DNA of 64,000 nucleotides. Source: a virus. The notes under the pieces were generated by a model. It saw only the letters and a list, made by a program, of their open reading frames with translations. It did not search any database and was not told the DNA's origin. Below, piece after piece: positions 39,297 through 49,584 of this stretch (the stretch's first letter is position 1; each line of letters starts with the position of its first letter). The position numbers and the translations under genes were made by a program. The stretch is taken from the IMG/VR virus record IMGVR_UViG_3300033150_002410, positions 5,947 through 69,946 of that record. One strand, 5' to 3'.

Positions 39297-40730
39297 TTAT
39301 AAAAATGAACCATTTTTTTTATCTCTTTTCTCTTTTGCCTCATCTTTTTTATCATATAAAACTTTATCTATTGGTAAAGCATCTATATAAAATTTTCCAA
39401 TATCAAGACAGGATAAACATAATAACTCCTTATTAACACCTTCTCCTTCCCTCTCAGATAACACTTCCATTCTGAAAACTGAATTTCTTCTGTCAACTCT
39501 GCTCTGATTAATACCTATCATTCTGGTAACATGAGCCAACTTTCTTATATCCTCTGCCACATTCTCCTCAGACACATCACTATTTATACTGCCCCTGTTT
39601 GATTGCGATACAGTAAATATACATATATTTCTCTCTAGAGCCAACCTTCTTAAATTTTTCCATACATAATCAATTTGATGCCTGTATTCCATGTTTTTAT
39701 CAACAACAATTAAATCAGCATAATCAATAAAAATGACATCAGGAATAAAAGAATAGTAATATTCCAGAATATCGAAATGAGCCTCTAAATCCTCAACAGA
39801 ACAACTATTGGCAGGCAAGTTGAGCAACTTTGCTTTCCCTTCTCTTAGATATTTCTTTATTCTTTTCTGTTCTCTTTCTATTCCATTCCTATCTAGTGGA
39901 AAACCTTCTCTATGCTCCAGAGAATACTGTATTTCAAAATAACCATCATCCACTTCTTCAAAATATGGTATTCTTACATCCATACTCTTCTTAGGTCTTC
40001 CAGTAAAAGACTGCCAGATTCTTCTTAGAACTTGTTCTCTTGTCATTTCCATGGAAATAAAAAGAACATTGTTTCCATAGGTAAGAGCACATTCCATAGA
40101 AAAAAGCAAAGCCCATGTTTTCCCTCTTTTAGTAAAAGCTAAGAAAGATATAAAATCTCCTCTATTACAAAAACCAAAAATATCTCTCATTTCTCCAGGA
40201 AAACAAAAAAGACTATCTTTCTCTTCATTAAACGCCTTAATAATTGCATCTGTATCTTCAATTATATCTACATCTTCTATCGTATTACTAGTTACCCTTT
40301 TATATTTTGTAATATTCTGTTCAGCCTTAAGAAGATTATTACTTTGAATGTTTGTCTGTACATCTTCAACAAGAACTTCTAATGATCTCTTTTTCAAATA
40401 TTCTATAGCCGTATCAAGCAGGTATTTTGTGTTAGTAGTTGTATATTCATCTGAAAGATTAGCAATAAGAGAGCCTATTAGCTTTGCATCATCTTCGTCC
40501 TTAATAGCATTCTTTTTGTTGAAAAAGATGTCTTCTATAACATTTTTTGGTGATTCCTTATACCTCTCATAATATTCTATAATCCATTTAGCCAGAATTC
40601 TTGAATATCTGGATTTGAAATAATTTATCTTTAATACCGGCAAAATACCACAAAGAAATTCTGAAGATACAATCATATTTATGAGTATTTTTTTCTCGTG
40701 ATCGATATGCACAGGACTACGTTTAAACAT
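39297..40730 (-). CDS. dnaB: replicative helicase (DnaB-like)
   Basis: KRGKT, ISMEM, IDYADL, SQSNR. Confidence 0.9.
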   Translation of the reverse strand: MFKRSPVHIDHEKKILINMIVSSEFLCGILPVLKINYFKSRYSRILAKWIIEYYERYKESPKNVIEDIFFNKKNAIKDEDDAKLIGSLIANLSDEYTTTNTKYLLDTAIEYLKKRSLEVLVEDVQTNIQSNNLLKAEQNITKYKRVTSNTIEDVDIIEDTDAIIKAFNEEKDSLFCFPGEMRDIFGFCNRGDFISFLAFTKRGKTWALLFSMECALTYGNNVLFISMEMTREQVLRRIWQSFTGRPKKSMDVRIPYFEEVDDGYFEIQYSLEHREGFPLDRNGIEREQKRIKKYLREGKAKLLNLPANSCSVEDLEAHFDILEYYYSFIPDVIFIDYADLIVVDKNMEYRHQIDYVWKNLRRLALERNICIFTVSQSNRGSINSDVSEENVAEDIRKLAHVTRMIGINQSRVDRRNSVFRMEVLSEREGEGVNKELLCLSCLDIGKFYIDALPIDKVLYDKKDEAKEKRDKKNGSFL

Positions 40731-42327
40731 TTTTCAGCCTTTTCTTTATCAGTAAATCAAGAATGTCTTCTTCACCAAAGAAACTGATATCTTCCTCCTT
40801 ATCGAGTATTCTCTTTACAAGCTTGAACTTCTCTGTCAAAGCCAAAGCCATTTCATCCTCTACCGTTCCTGGAGCTATCAAATAATAAATCTGTACATTG
40901 TCTTTCGTTCCTATTCTATGACACCTATCTGTTGCCTGTTCCATATCAGCTGGAACCCACCAAAGCTCGGAAAAAAGAACCGTGGAAGAAATAGTTAAAT
41001 CTATTCCCAAACCAGTTGCCAGAATTTGACCTAGAAAAATCTTAATATTGCTATCATTATTATAAATCCTTAAAAGATATTCCCTCTGTTTCATAGGAAC
41101 AGAACCATCTACAACAACCGTAACATTACGAAAGTAAGAAAAAATGTCTTTTATTACATGCCTATGATATGCAAAAATTACTATTTTATCTCTTTGCTTT
41201 ATCAAAGAGTCTATATACTCTAACATACTTTTTCTCTTTGCCATATAGGCAATTTCTTTCAAATGCTCAAATTTATTCTTTATCTCCATTTTCTTTATTT
41301 TCTTTTCCGACTTGATTATTTCTCCTATCTTTTCATTCTCATAAGCATATTCTGAAATATATTTATCATCAAGATCCAAAGGTATTATAAACTTTTGTTT
41401 CTCTGGTATCTCCGATAAAACATCCTCTTTTTTCCTTCTTAAAATATATGGTTCTACTAAATCAACTAATTCATCAATGTTAGAAGCACCATCAAATTTC
41501 CAACCCCATCTAGTCAGGACAGGGTTACAATATCTCTGTAAAAAGTGCCATCTATTAAAAAATATCTTTGGTGCAATGAGAGATAATACATTATATAATT
41601 CTCTAGGTCTGTTCCTTAGTGGTGTTCCAGATAAGAAAACTTTATACTTAATCTTTCTTGCCAAGGAAATAAAAGCTTTCGTTCTTTTGGCTTTATGATT
41701 AGAAATATATTGAACTTCATCCCCTATTATACAATCAAAACCCTCATCCAGTAATTCCTGTAAATGTTTGTATAAAATATCGTAACTTATTATTATAACA
41801 TTGCTTTGTGGTTTATACTTGTAAAATATTGCAGATGATATATCTCCCCATTCTAAAAGTTCTCTCTGCCATTTTATTCTTATAAACGAGGGACAAACAA
41901 TTATGACTTTCTTGACATCTTTCCTTATCCTAAGCCAGGAAACAGCTTGAGCTGTTTTCCCTACACCCATATCATCCGCTATAATGCAGTTACCATCAGT
42001 TCCCTCGATAAACTCTATTCCCTTTATCTGATAATTAAATAATCTACTGTCAACTGCTTTCCTGTCTATTTTCTTGAAAATTTTTCCTTTCTTGTTTTTC
42101 TTTCCTTCATCAACAGAAAAATCACCTTGTTTTGCAAATCCTAACGAAAGAAGCCTTTCTACATTTTCTCTTGAATTTCTAGCAAACCATGTTTTAGTAC
42201 TGGATACGAAATATCTGTTATCCAATCTTTTGATTCCTAAAAGAGTTCTTTGAAAATCATCTCTATCGAGATTGTTAAATTTAATCTTCAATAGACCACT
42301 ATACTTATCTAATTGAAATACTTTCAT
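40723..42327 (-). CDS. SNF2-family helicase
   Basis: ADDMGVGKT, DEVQ, LSGTP, QATDRCHRIG. Confidence 0.92.
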   Translation of the reverse strand: MKVFQLDKYSGLLKIKFNNLDRDDFQRTLLGIKRLDNRYFVSSTKTWFARNSRENVERLLSLGFAKQGDFSVDEGKKNKKGKIFKKIDRKAVDSRLFNYQIKGIEFIEGTDGNCIIADDMGVGKTAQAVSWLRIRKDVKKVIIVCPSFIRIKWQRELLEWGDISSAIFYKYKPQSNVIIISYDILYKHLQELLDEGFDCIIGDEVQYISNHKAKRTKAFISLARKIKYKVFLSGTPLRNRPRELYNVLSLIAPKIFFNRWHFLQRYCNPVLTRWGWKFDGASNIDELVDLVEPYILRRKKEDVLSEIPEKQKFIIPLDLDDKYISEYAYENEKIGEIIKSEKKIKKMEIKNKFEHLKEIAYMAKRKSMLEYIDSLIKQRDKIVIFAYHRHVIKDIFSYFRNVTVVVDGSVPMKQREYLLRIYNNDSNIKIFLGQILATGLGIDLTISSTVLFSELWWVPADMEQATDRCHRIGTKDNVQIYYLIAPGTVEDEMALALTEKFKLVKRILDKEEDISFFGEEDILDLLIKKRLKNV

Positions 42328-43196
42328 AAAAGTTTCCTTTTCAATAATCTAGCTTCAATATTAGACATATCAGCTACATCCTTGTATTCATTAAGTCTGA
42401 TTATTTCTACCTCTTTTACCCCAACCAAGGACAGTTCTTCACCATATCTATTTGCTCTTTTCTGAGCCTCTTCTTCATTGTCAAATAAAATAAAAACAGA
42501 ATCAAATTGAGACAGAAGACATAACTGTTTTTTCGTCATATACATTCCACAAGAAGCCACACAATTATTTCCCAATTTAAAGACATCAAAAACCCCCTCC
42601 ACAAGTATAACTTTATACCCATCTACTTTATCTATATTGAAAAGGAAATCTTTTATATCAACCAGTGAATCTTCAGGTCTAGCTGATAAGTATTTAGGTT
42701 CCTGTTGTTTATAAATAGCCCTCCCTTGAAAAGTTACTATTCTCCCTCCGTAATAAAAGGGAATTATAATTCTATACTTATATATTCCCGTATAACCACC
42801 ACTTCTAAGATCAAATTCTTCAACAAGTTCTTTCCAATCAAAACCCCTGTTACTTAAATACTTTTTCTCATTTTCATTCAGGGGCAAATCAGGAATGTTA
42901 ATATTCCTCTTGATTTCCTCAGTTGTTTCTCCATACTCAACGCTATCAGAAAATAATTTATATATCCTATAAGCTTCTTCCTTGGTAACAGAAAGCAAAC
43001 CCATTATTGAATTGACTATCGAAACATGACCACAAACCCAACAAAAAAAATAACCTTTAATCAGGTTGAAACCAAGATGGTTGCTGACGTCATCATGGAA
43101 AGGACACTTCATTCCTATCCATTCTCTGCCTACATTTTTTCCCTTTTCCGTATAAGGTATTTTATACTCCTTCAAGAAAGAAACACAATCAAACAT
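42324..43196 (-). CDS. dnaG: DNA primase (Zn finger + TOPRIM)
   Basis: CPFH..CWVC, FQGR, PKY, VEGVFD, FDNE, KD. Confidence 0.9.
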   Translation of the reverse strand: MFDCVSFLKEYKIPYTEKGKNVGREWIGMKCPFHDDVSNHLGFNLIKGYFFCWVCGHVSIVNSIMGLLSVTKEEAYRIYKLFSDSVEYGETTEEIKRNINIPDLPLNENEKKYLSNRGFDWKELVEEFDLRSGGYTGIYKYRIIIPFYYGGRIVTFQGRAIYKQQEPKYLSARPEDSLVDIKDFLFNIDKVDGYKVILVEGVFDVFKLGNNCVASCGMYMTKKQLCLLSQFDSVFILFDNEEEAQKRANRYGEELSLVGVKEVEIIRLNEYKDVADMSNIEARLLKRKLL

Positions 43197-44073
43197 CCAA
43201 TCTTTCCAGCAAGGCTGTTACATCTAAAGCTAGTTTTGTTGTAAATGATTTATTATTTGTTAGAATATATGTATAAAAATGATCTATAGCATACTTCAAG
43301 TTGTTACTCTCATCATCATGGAATTTTCTTTCCATCAGGATGAGTTCTTTTCCTGTTTTATTAAATGGATGATCATATATAACAACTTTTCCCGAATAAT
43401 CTTTATTGTGTGGAGAAAAAATATAAGCATGCGTTGTACCATAGAAATTGACGGATAATTCTTTACCAGGATAATCCAAACTGGTAAATATCTTTATAAC
43501 CAATTTCTCTTTTTTATGTTCTAAGTGAAGAATACCTGTAGTAACAACACCTCCCCAATATTTAAGATCCTCTTTTATTACTCTGAAATTCGATAAGGGC
43601 CCGTATAAATAATCAATAATGGGCAGAAAATGAGAAGACAGCAACCAGTAAACACTATATCCATTATATTTTCCCAAGTGTTTAGATTGCATCTCTATAT
43701 AATTAATTTCCTTTTTTCTGAAAAAAGCTATGATTTTAGCAAGTGTTCTTGAGAATAGAAGAACATAATCAACAACCAACACAAGGTTTCTTTCTTCTGC
43801 TATTCTGATAAGTGATTCAGCTTCTCTTGCCTTTCTGCTTATAGGTTTCTCCAGAAAGACATTCTTGCCGGATAGTAATGCCTTCTTGGCTATTCTATAA
43901 TGAGTATCAATAGGTGTAGCTATAAATACATGCTTTACCTCTGGATCCTTCCAGATCTTTTTCAAAGGAAATTTTGAATCAGCTATATATTTCATGTCAA
44001 AAAAATATGGAATATACTTTTTAAGCTTACTTCCCCAATAACCGTTACCAATTAACGCTACTTTGTCTTTCAT
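43189..44073 (-). CDS. Gfo/Idh/MocA NAD(P)-dependent oxidoreductase
   Basis: GNGYWG, IATP..THY, VFLEKP. Confidence 0.88.
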   Translation of the reverse strand: MKDKVALIGNGYWGSKLKKYIPYFFDMKYIADSKFPLKKIWKDPEVKHVFIATPIDTHYRIAKKALLSGKNVFLEKPISRKAREAESLIRIAEERNLVLVVDYVLLFSRTLAKIIAFFRKKEINYIEMQSKHLGKYNGYSVYWLLSSHFLPIIDYLYGPLSNFRVIKEDLKYWGGVVTTGILHLEHKKEKLVIKIFTSLDYPGKELSVNFYGTTHAYIFSPHNKDYSGKVVIYDHPFNKTGKELILMERKFHDDESNNLKYAIDHFYTYILTNNKSFTTKLALDVTALLERLDV

Positions 44074-45357
44074 TTATGTCTCCCTGTTATTCTTCTGTAT
44101 TCCTTCGTTATATAAATCAATCTTCTTGGAAATAATACCTCTCCATATTTTCCAGTCTTCTCTGCTTATCTCAGGAGTAAAATAATTGAACCCACTTTGA
44201 TGCGAATACAAAGATAACATCTCCTTGTCTTTTGATAAATCCTCTACTAAACCTTTCTTTCTACAATCTTCATACAATTCAGTGCCTGGATAAGGAGTAA
44301 AAATACTTAATGTTATTTTTGAAGGGCAAAGATCCTCCATTACAAATGAAACAGTTTCCAGAATATCATCAATTGTTTCTTCCGGAAAACCGATTATTAC
44401 GTAAGCCTTCCATTTCATGTTATATTTTTTAAAAATCTCAGCAACCTGTACATAATCCTCTATCTTTTCTCCTTTACCTATATAAGAAAGTATTTTATTC
44501 TTTGCGCTTTCAACACCCACATTTATTTCTATACAACCAGAATCAGCCATAACCTTAACCATTTCTTCATTCAAAACATTAGCCCTGCTTTCACAAATCC
44601 ATTCAGCATCTATAGTATATTTGGTACAAAAATCAAATAATCTCTTTTTGTTAAGAGTAAAGACATCATCCCATATAGTAAAAACATTGTTATTAAATAA
44701 CGACTTTATATAAGACATTTCCTTGATGATATAATCAGCACTCTTATAGCAAACACTTCTACCTCCGATAAGACGGGTAGAGCAGAACTTACACTTGAAT
44801 GGGCATCCTCTAGACGTAATAATATGTCCATAAGAATTTCTATATTTATAAGTATCAACTAACATATCATAATCGGGCAAAGGAAGAGAGTCTAAACAGT
44901 ATTTTCCCGACGGAAGATCCTCAAAATAACCTCTATGTACCTTTACATTATCAAACTTGTCATAATGGGATGGAAAATATGTAGGATGCAAACCACCAAC
45001 TATTACCGGGATATCATACCTTAATGCTATTTTTATTATTTTTATAGCAGAAGCATACATAGCATTTTTTACAGTAATTCCTATTTGATCCGGCTTTTCT
45101 TTTTTTATATATTCTTCTACCTCATCCCATATTTCACTCTTTACATTATCTACATATCTTTCATATCTGAAAATCCTTTCAGAGTAACCCTTATAGGCGC
45201 ATCTCCTTCTATCTATCTCAAAGTTCTTAATAGTTACTTTTACAGAACCATCCATACATTTAAGCCAAGATCCTACAGCAAGAAGAGACAAGGGAACATA
45301 TTCCTGTTCAAGTTCATAAAATCTTGAAAACGGGGGATTAATTAATAAAATGTGCAT
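44074..45357 (-). CDS. cobalamin-binding radical SAM enzyme (class B methylase-like)
   Basis: LLINPP, GGLHPT, SRGCPFKCKFC, DDVF, GVES, GFPEET, PYPGT. Confidence 0.92.
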   Translation of the reverse strand: MHILLINPPFSRFYELEQEYVPLSLLAVGSWLKCMDGSVKVTIKNFEIDRRRCAYKGYSERIFRYERYVDNVKSEIWDEVEEYIKKEKPDQIGITVKNAMYASAIKIIKIALRYDIPVIVGGLHPTYFPSHYDKFDNVKVHRGYFEDLPSGKYCLDSLPLPDYDMLVDTYKYRNSYGHIITSRGCPFKCKFCSTRLIGGRSVCYKSADYIIKEMSYIKSLFNNNVFTIWDDVFTLNKKRLFDFCTKYTIDAEWICESRANVLNEEMVKVMADSGCIEINVGVESAKNKILSYIGKGEKIEDYVQVAEIFKKYNMKWKAYVIIGFPEETIDDILETVSFVMEDLCPSKITLSIFTPYPGTELYEDCRKKGLVEDLSKDKEMLSLYSHQSGFNYFTPEISREDWKIWRGIISKKIDLYNEGIQKNNRET

Positions 45358-45366
45358 TACATACCT

Positions 45367-46410
45367 CTATATTTTTTCAGATAGATCAATAGCCCTTTTT
45401 ACGGCTTCGTCCATATTAATATAATCATACATGGCCAATCTTCCAAGCAAAATAACATTTTGTGGGATCATTTTTTTATATTCCGAGTATAAAAGGAGAT
45501 TTTCTCTATCCTGAAAAGGATAAAATCTCATATTCCAATTAATTATCCCCTCATCAACAAATGATGTTGTATATAAAGTTGGTTTTTTATAATTATATTT
45601 GTCAGAATATTCAGTAGAGATGACAGTTCCATCTTTTTTCTTTGCTGTAGAGGATGAAAAATATGCATGATCTATTTTCCGTATATGCTTTTCGTGATAT
45701 AAGCAACTATTAATAGCCCCACAAAGTAATCTTACTTTTTTATAATTATATTCAATGTTTAACGATCTATAATAAAGAGGCCCGCGCACACAACGGAACA
45801 TCTCATCTATACTTCCAGTATATATGTATAAATCAGCCTTCTGTCCCTTCCACTCGTTTTTGTCTACACCTAGATGACAAGGAATCTTGCTTATCATCCG
45901 TTCAAACATATTACTGTACCCATCTGTTGGAACACCTTGATACTTATCAAAGAAAAAATTATTACCACTATCATCTGAAATTAAAGGAACTCTATTCTTT
46001 ATCATATCAGGTAAATTATTAAAGTCCTTCTCCCATTGTTTATAACTGTATGGCTTCATTACATAATTTATTATTATTCTTCTCAATTTCTCATCATTTT
46101 CCCAGATTGTAAAATTACTGGCTCTAGCTGGAAGATACAAGGAACCAATTTCCGTTACAGCCATTACGGAATGTTTATATTCATACATATCAGTAAACTG
46201 CCTTACAAAATCCCAAACTTCCTTTCTTTCTGTGTGTAAAATATGTCCTCCATATCTATGAATCTTTATCCCGTCATGAGAAACAGAATCAGAACATAAC
46301 CCTCCGAAAAACGGATTACATTCAAATATTTCAACAGAATGTCCCTTCTTCTTCAAAAGATAAGCTATTGAACATCCCGAAAGACCAGCCCCCACCACCA
46401 CTACTTTCAT
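45367..46410 (-). CDS. glf: UDP-galactopyranose mutase
   Basis: GAGLSG, GGLC, HRYGGHILHT, YQGVP.DGY, YRSL, YP, GRLAMY.YINMD. Confidence 0.9.
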   Translation of the reverse strand: MKVVVVGAGLSGCSIAYLLKKKGHSVEIFECNPFFGGLCSDSVSHDGIKIHRYGGHILHTERKEVWDFVRQFTDMYEYKHSVMAVTEIGSLYLPARASNFTIWENDEKLRRIIINYVMKPYSYKQWEKDFNNLPDMIKNRVPLISDDSGNNFFFDKYQGVPTDGYSNMFERMISKIPCHLGVDKNEWKGQKADLYIYTGSIDEMFRCVRGPLYYRSLNIEYNYKKVRLLCGAINSCLYHEKHIRKIDHAYFSSSTAKKKDGTVISTEYSDKYNYKKPTLYTTSFVDEGIINWNMRFYPFQDRENLLLYSEYKKMIPQNVILLGRLAMYDYINMDEAVKRAIDLSEKI

Positions 46411-47669
46411 ACAACCACTCCCTTGTTCTCAAGTATTCCTCTTATATCACTTATCCTTTTTTCCAAGGTAAAATTACTCATTACAAATGCTCTGCCATTT
46501 TTTATTATGCTATAAGCAAGATCCTTATTATTTAATAAATCCCTGGCTTTTGCCTCAAAATTATGACAATCAACCCTCACATAGTTTACTCCATCTTCAA
46601 ATCCCAGGTCTGCCATTTCTGAACACCAATCGGACATTAATACCGTTCCCGATGCCATGATCTCAAATAATTTACAAACAACATATTCCTGCACTGTAAT
46701 GTCCGTTAATGAAAAAAGATAACTATTTATAAGTTCAGCATAATTATCCCCAACATAAATATCTTTCTTTTTGCTTATGTTATGATAACCTGGATGTGGA
46801 ATAACATCAAATAAAGGACTCTTGCTTGCTGCTCTTCTCAATGGATAAAAATCAGAGATATAACCAGTTATAAGTCCTTTGTCTTTCTTTTCCTTTATTT
46901 CCAGCGATAAATATCTGGATGTTGGAGCAATAAAGGCAGGAACATATTCCGTCTTATGCATATATTCCGGAAAGGACATATAAAAAACATCTCTGTATGT
47001 TATCAGAATCAGATCTGATCTATCCAATGCTGCTTTCAAACGTTTATTTACAAACTCCTCTCCTCCATGTATATCCTGAATATATGCAACATAATAAACA
47101 GAATCAGGAAGAGACTCTATATTTATCAATACATCAGGAAAAGCATGTTGTGGTGATTTTATAGTGAACAAAATATCTCCCTCTATATCTTTTACATTAA
47201 GCTGTGGAGAACATATCAACTTCCAATTAAACTCATCACTCAATGCTTCTGCAAAAAAACTAAGCATGTCTGCAGGATGATTATCTCTCCACAAGCAGGA
47301 AGGAATATATACAGTTCCGGAATATGGAGAATCATTAACATATTTAAAAACAGAACCATCTCTACAAGAAACTGTTCGTTTACTAAGACTGTCAGCTACA
47401 GTATAATATTTCATTCCAGAACCCTCCGATGCCTCTCTTATCGTTTTATACCTTCCCAGTTCTACATTATCCTTGTAATGAATAATAATATCTTTTTTTC
47501 TTTTCCATATTTTTCTTTTTTTATTTGTATTTCCCTTCGTCTTATCCTTTGCTGGTATCGTCTCAGGTAAAGCACCATCATTGAATATATTATCTCCACA
47601 CCAATCCGATATTCTTACATGTTTAGGAACATCTGGATATTCTCTGCTATGCGGAATAAGATATTCCAT
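46407..47669 (-). CDS. GT-B glycosyltransferase (DUF3880/Glyco_trans_1_2-like) with N-terminal NUMOD1-like HTH
   Basis: YPLR, HPGY, KLFEIMASG, DGVNY; N-terminal YKTIREAS..SG....V...L.......G..FKY. Confidence 0.8.
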   Translation of the reverse strand: MEYLIPHSREYPDVPKHVRISDWCGDNIFNDGALPETIPAKDKTKGNTNKKRKIWKRKKDIIIHYKDNVELGRYKTIREASEGSGMKYYTVADSLSKRTVSCRDGSVFKYVNDSPYSGTVYIPSCLWRDNHPADMLSFFAEALSDEFNWKLICSPQLNVKDIEGDILFTIKSPQHAFPDVLINIESLPDSVYYVAYIQDIHGGEEFVNKRLKAALDRSDLILITYRDVFYMSFPEYMHKTEYVPAFIAPTSRYLSLEIKEKKDKGLITGYISDFYPLRRAASKSPLFDVIPHPGYHNISKKKDIYVGDNYAELINSYLFSLTDITVQEYVVCKLFEIMASGTVLMSDWCSEMADLGFEDGVNYVRVDCHNFEAKARDLLNNKDLAYSIIKNGRAFVMSNFTLEKRISDIRGILENKGVVV

Positions 47670-47673
47670 TTTC

Positions 47674-48423
47674 TCAATTCTCTATTATTTTCAAAGATTC
47701 TCCAAAATACTTATCAAATGACTGGTTCTTTCTGAATCCATGCGATTCACTAAGTATTGAATCTTCTCCTATATGTTGTACATAACATGGACAGGAAGCA
47801 TATATCTTGCGTGTAGGAAAACATTTTTTAAGCCACCTTGCTAATAGAATATCTCCACCACAAGTCTCCTCTCTCCTGTCCGCTCTTTTCAATTCACAAG
47901 CATATCCCCAGGCATGTTGGGCCCTTAGAGCATGACAAACAGAACCATAATATTTTTCATGAGGATAAATCCATTTATCCTCACCTCTCTCGGCACAATG
48001 AAGGACTTCAACATAAGAAGCATAAAAAGCCCACATGATTGCTTCCGGATATCTAGTAATAAATGAATTTACATGAGTTAAAAAATCAGGTCTTACAACA
48101 ACATCATCCTGCATATATATTACAAACTCAGCTCCTGTATGCACACAGTGCTTTAAGAGCTTGGCCCTGTTAGCATTGGCACTTATTTTTTCCTTGCTAT
48201 AAAGAATTTCTAACATATCCCAGAACATATAATATTCTTTAGTATAATCACAAACATGAAGCAAACCGTTCTGAGATCCGGAATCCGAAACTACTACGCG
48301 TACATCGCTTCGATCAAAAACTCCGGAAAGATATAAACTTTTCAGTGTTGTTTTCAAGTAATTTCTTTTCGGATACCTGTTAACTGTAGTAATCCCTATA
48401 ATATACTTCATTGATGGCCTCAA
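47674..48423 (-). CDS. GT-A glycosyltransferase
   Basis: IGITTVNR..NYL..TL.SL, MQDDV (DxD-like), VQHIG. Confidence 0.8.
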   Translation of the reverse strand: MRPSMKYIIGITTVNRYPKRNYLKTTLKSLYLSGVFDRSDVRVVVSDSGSQNGLLHVCDYTKEYYMFWDMLEILYSKEKISANANRAKLLKHCVHTGAEFVIYMQDDVVVRPDFLTHVNSFITRYPEAIMWAFYASYVEVLHCAERGEDKWIYPHEKYYGSVCHALRAQHAWGYACELKRADRREETCGGDILLARWLKKCFPTRKIYASCPCYVQHIGEDSILSESHGFRKNQSFDKYFGESLKIIEN

Positions 48424-49577
48424 GTTTCGTTTTTTAATAAGGAATAAATAGTATTACATTCTAGCCCCATTCGATTACATCTTAATCCCTTATTAAAACA
48501 CATCGATCGTGGATCAAATTCCGGATTTCTGGCTTTTTTCACTATTTCAAAGAAATCATCAATTTCAGAAGAAATTAACCCCAGGCGAAGATGAGAGGCC
48601 GTTGGTGTTGCAACTGTAGAACATGGATAATAATAACCATCAGCTCCTAGAGTTATCTGGAAATAAGAATAAATACACTGATTAAATGTAAATCTGTCTA
48701 TATCTGTAAACCAAGGATAATTCCAGAATATATAAGGTTTCTCTTCTTTACTTTTTGAAACTAATGGCTCTAACCATTTTTCATATATCTTTTCCTGCGG
48801 TATTTCTACTTTATTTTTATATTCTCTTACCTTGCTGAAAGATTGATTATAATGGGCAAAGGGAATTGAAAAACGCAGAGAATCAACACCTATTTCTTTA
48901 GCTAAATTACTGATTATTGCAAACTGTTCTGGTGATGCTGTCTCTTCCTCTATCAAATAACCTAATCTTATTGAATGCCCCTTCCCTCCTCTTCTCTCCC
49001 TTATTTCAACAGCTTCTTTTAATGAATCTATTATTTCCCAGAAAACATGCTTTTTATTAGTTCTCTTCACTTTAGCCCAGCTCCAAGATACGCCGGCATC
49101 CAATGAAACTTGTAAATAAGATTTCCTGTCATTATCAGCCAGAGTATTTATTTCATTTAAAAACTTCGTGGTTGCTTGTAATTCTTTGAGAAAAAATCCA
49201 CTTGTATGTATTCCAAAGCTGTTTCCATATTCTCTTGTTTTGGCAATAAAGGTAGTCAGATAAGGATTGGTTATTGGCTCAGTATAGGCTCCACCATATA
49301 TGTGCTGTGGAACCCTGCCACCAATAGCATCTAACAAATGAAGTGCTTTCATTTCCCATCTGCCTAATGGCTTCTCATACAGGGCCCCAGCACAATAACT
49401 GCAACGTAAAGGACAAGGGTTGAGATGATCCGATGGTAAGTGTATTTCTAATTGTTTTGGAAAAATAAATTCTTTTTCATTGAAAATAACGTCTACATCA
49501 TGATTCAAATGCTCCATAAGTTGTTTGAAATATTTATATTCATCAATCCGAGGATCTTCTCTCTCTGTATCACTCAT
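48420..49577 (-). CDS. radical SAM enzyme with C-terminal twitch/SPASM-like cysteines
   Basis: CPLRCSYC, GG..TEP, VSLDAG, C...GADG..YPC...C....C. Confidence 0.88.
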   Translation of the reverse strand: MSDTEREDPRIDEYKYFKQLMEHLNHDVDVIFNEKEFIFPKQLEIHLPSDHLNPCPLRCSYCAGALYEKPLGRWEMKALHLLDAIGGRVPQHIYGGAYTEPITNPYLTTFIAKTREYGNSFGIHTSGFFLKELQATTKFLNEINTLADNDRKSYLQVSLDAGVSWSWAKVKRTNKKHVFWEIIDSLKEAVEIRERRGGKGHSIRLGYLIEEETASPEQFAIISNLAKEIGVDSLRFSIPFAHYNQSFSKVREYKNKVEIPQEKIYEKWLEPLVSKSKEEKPYIFWNYPWFTDIDRFTFNQCIYSYFQITLGADGYYYPCSTVATPTASHLRLGLISSEIDDFFEIVKKARNPEFDPRSMCFNKGLRCNRMGLECNTIYSLLKNET

Positions 49578-49584
49578 AAACCTG

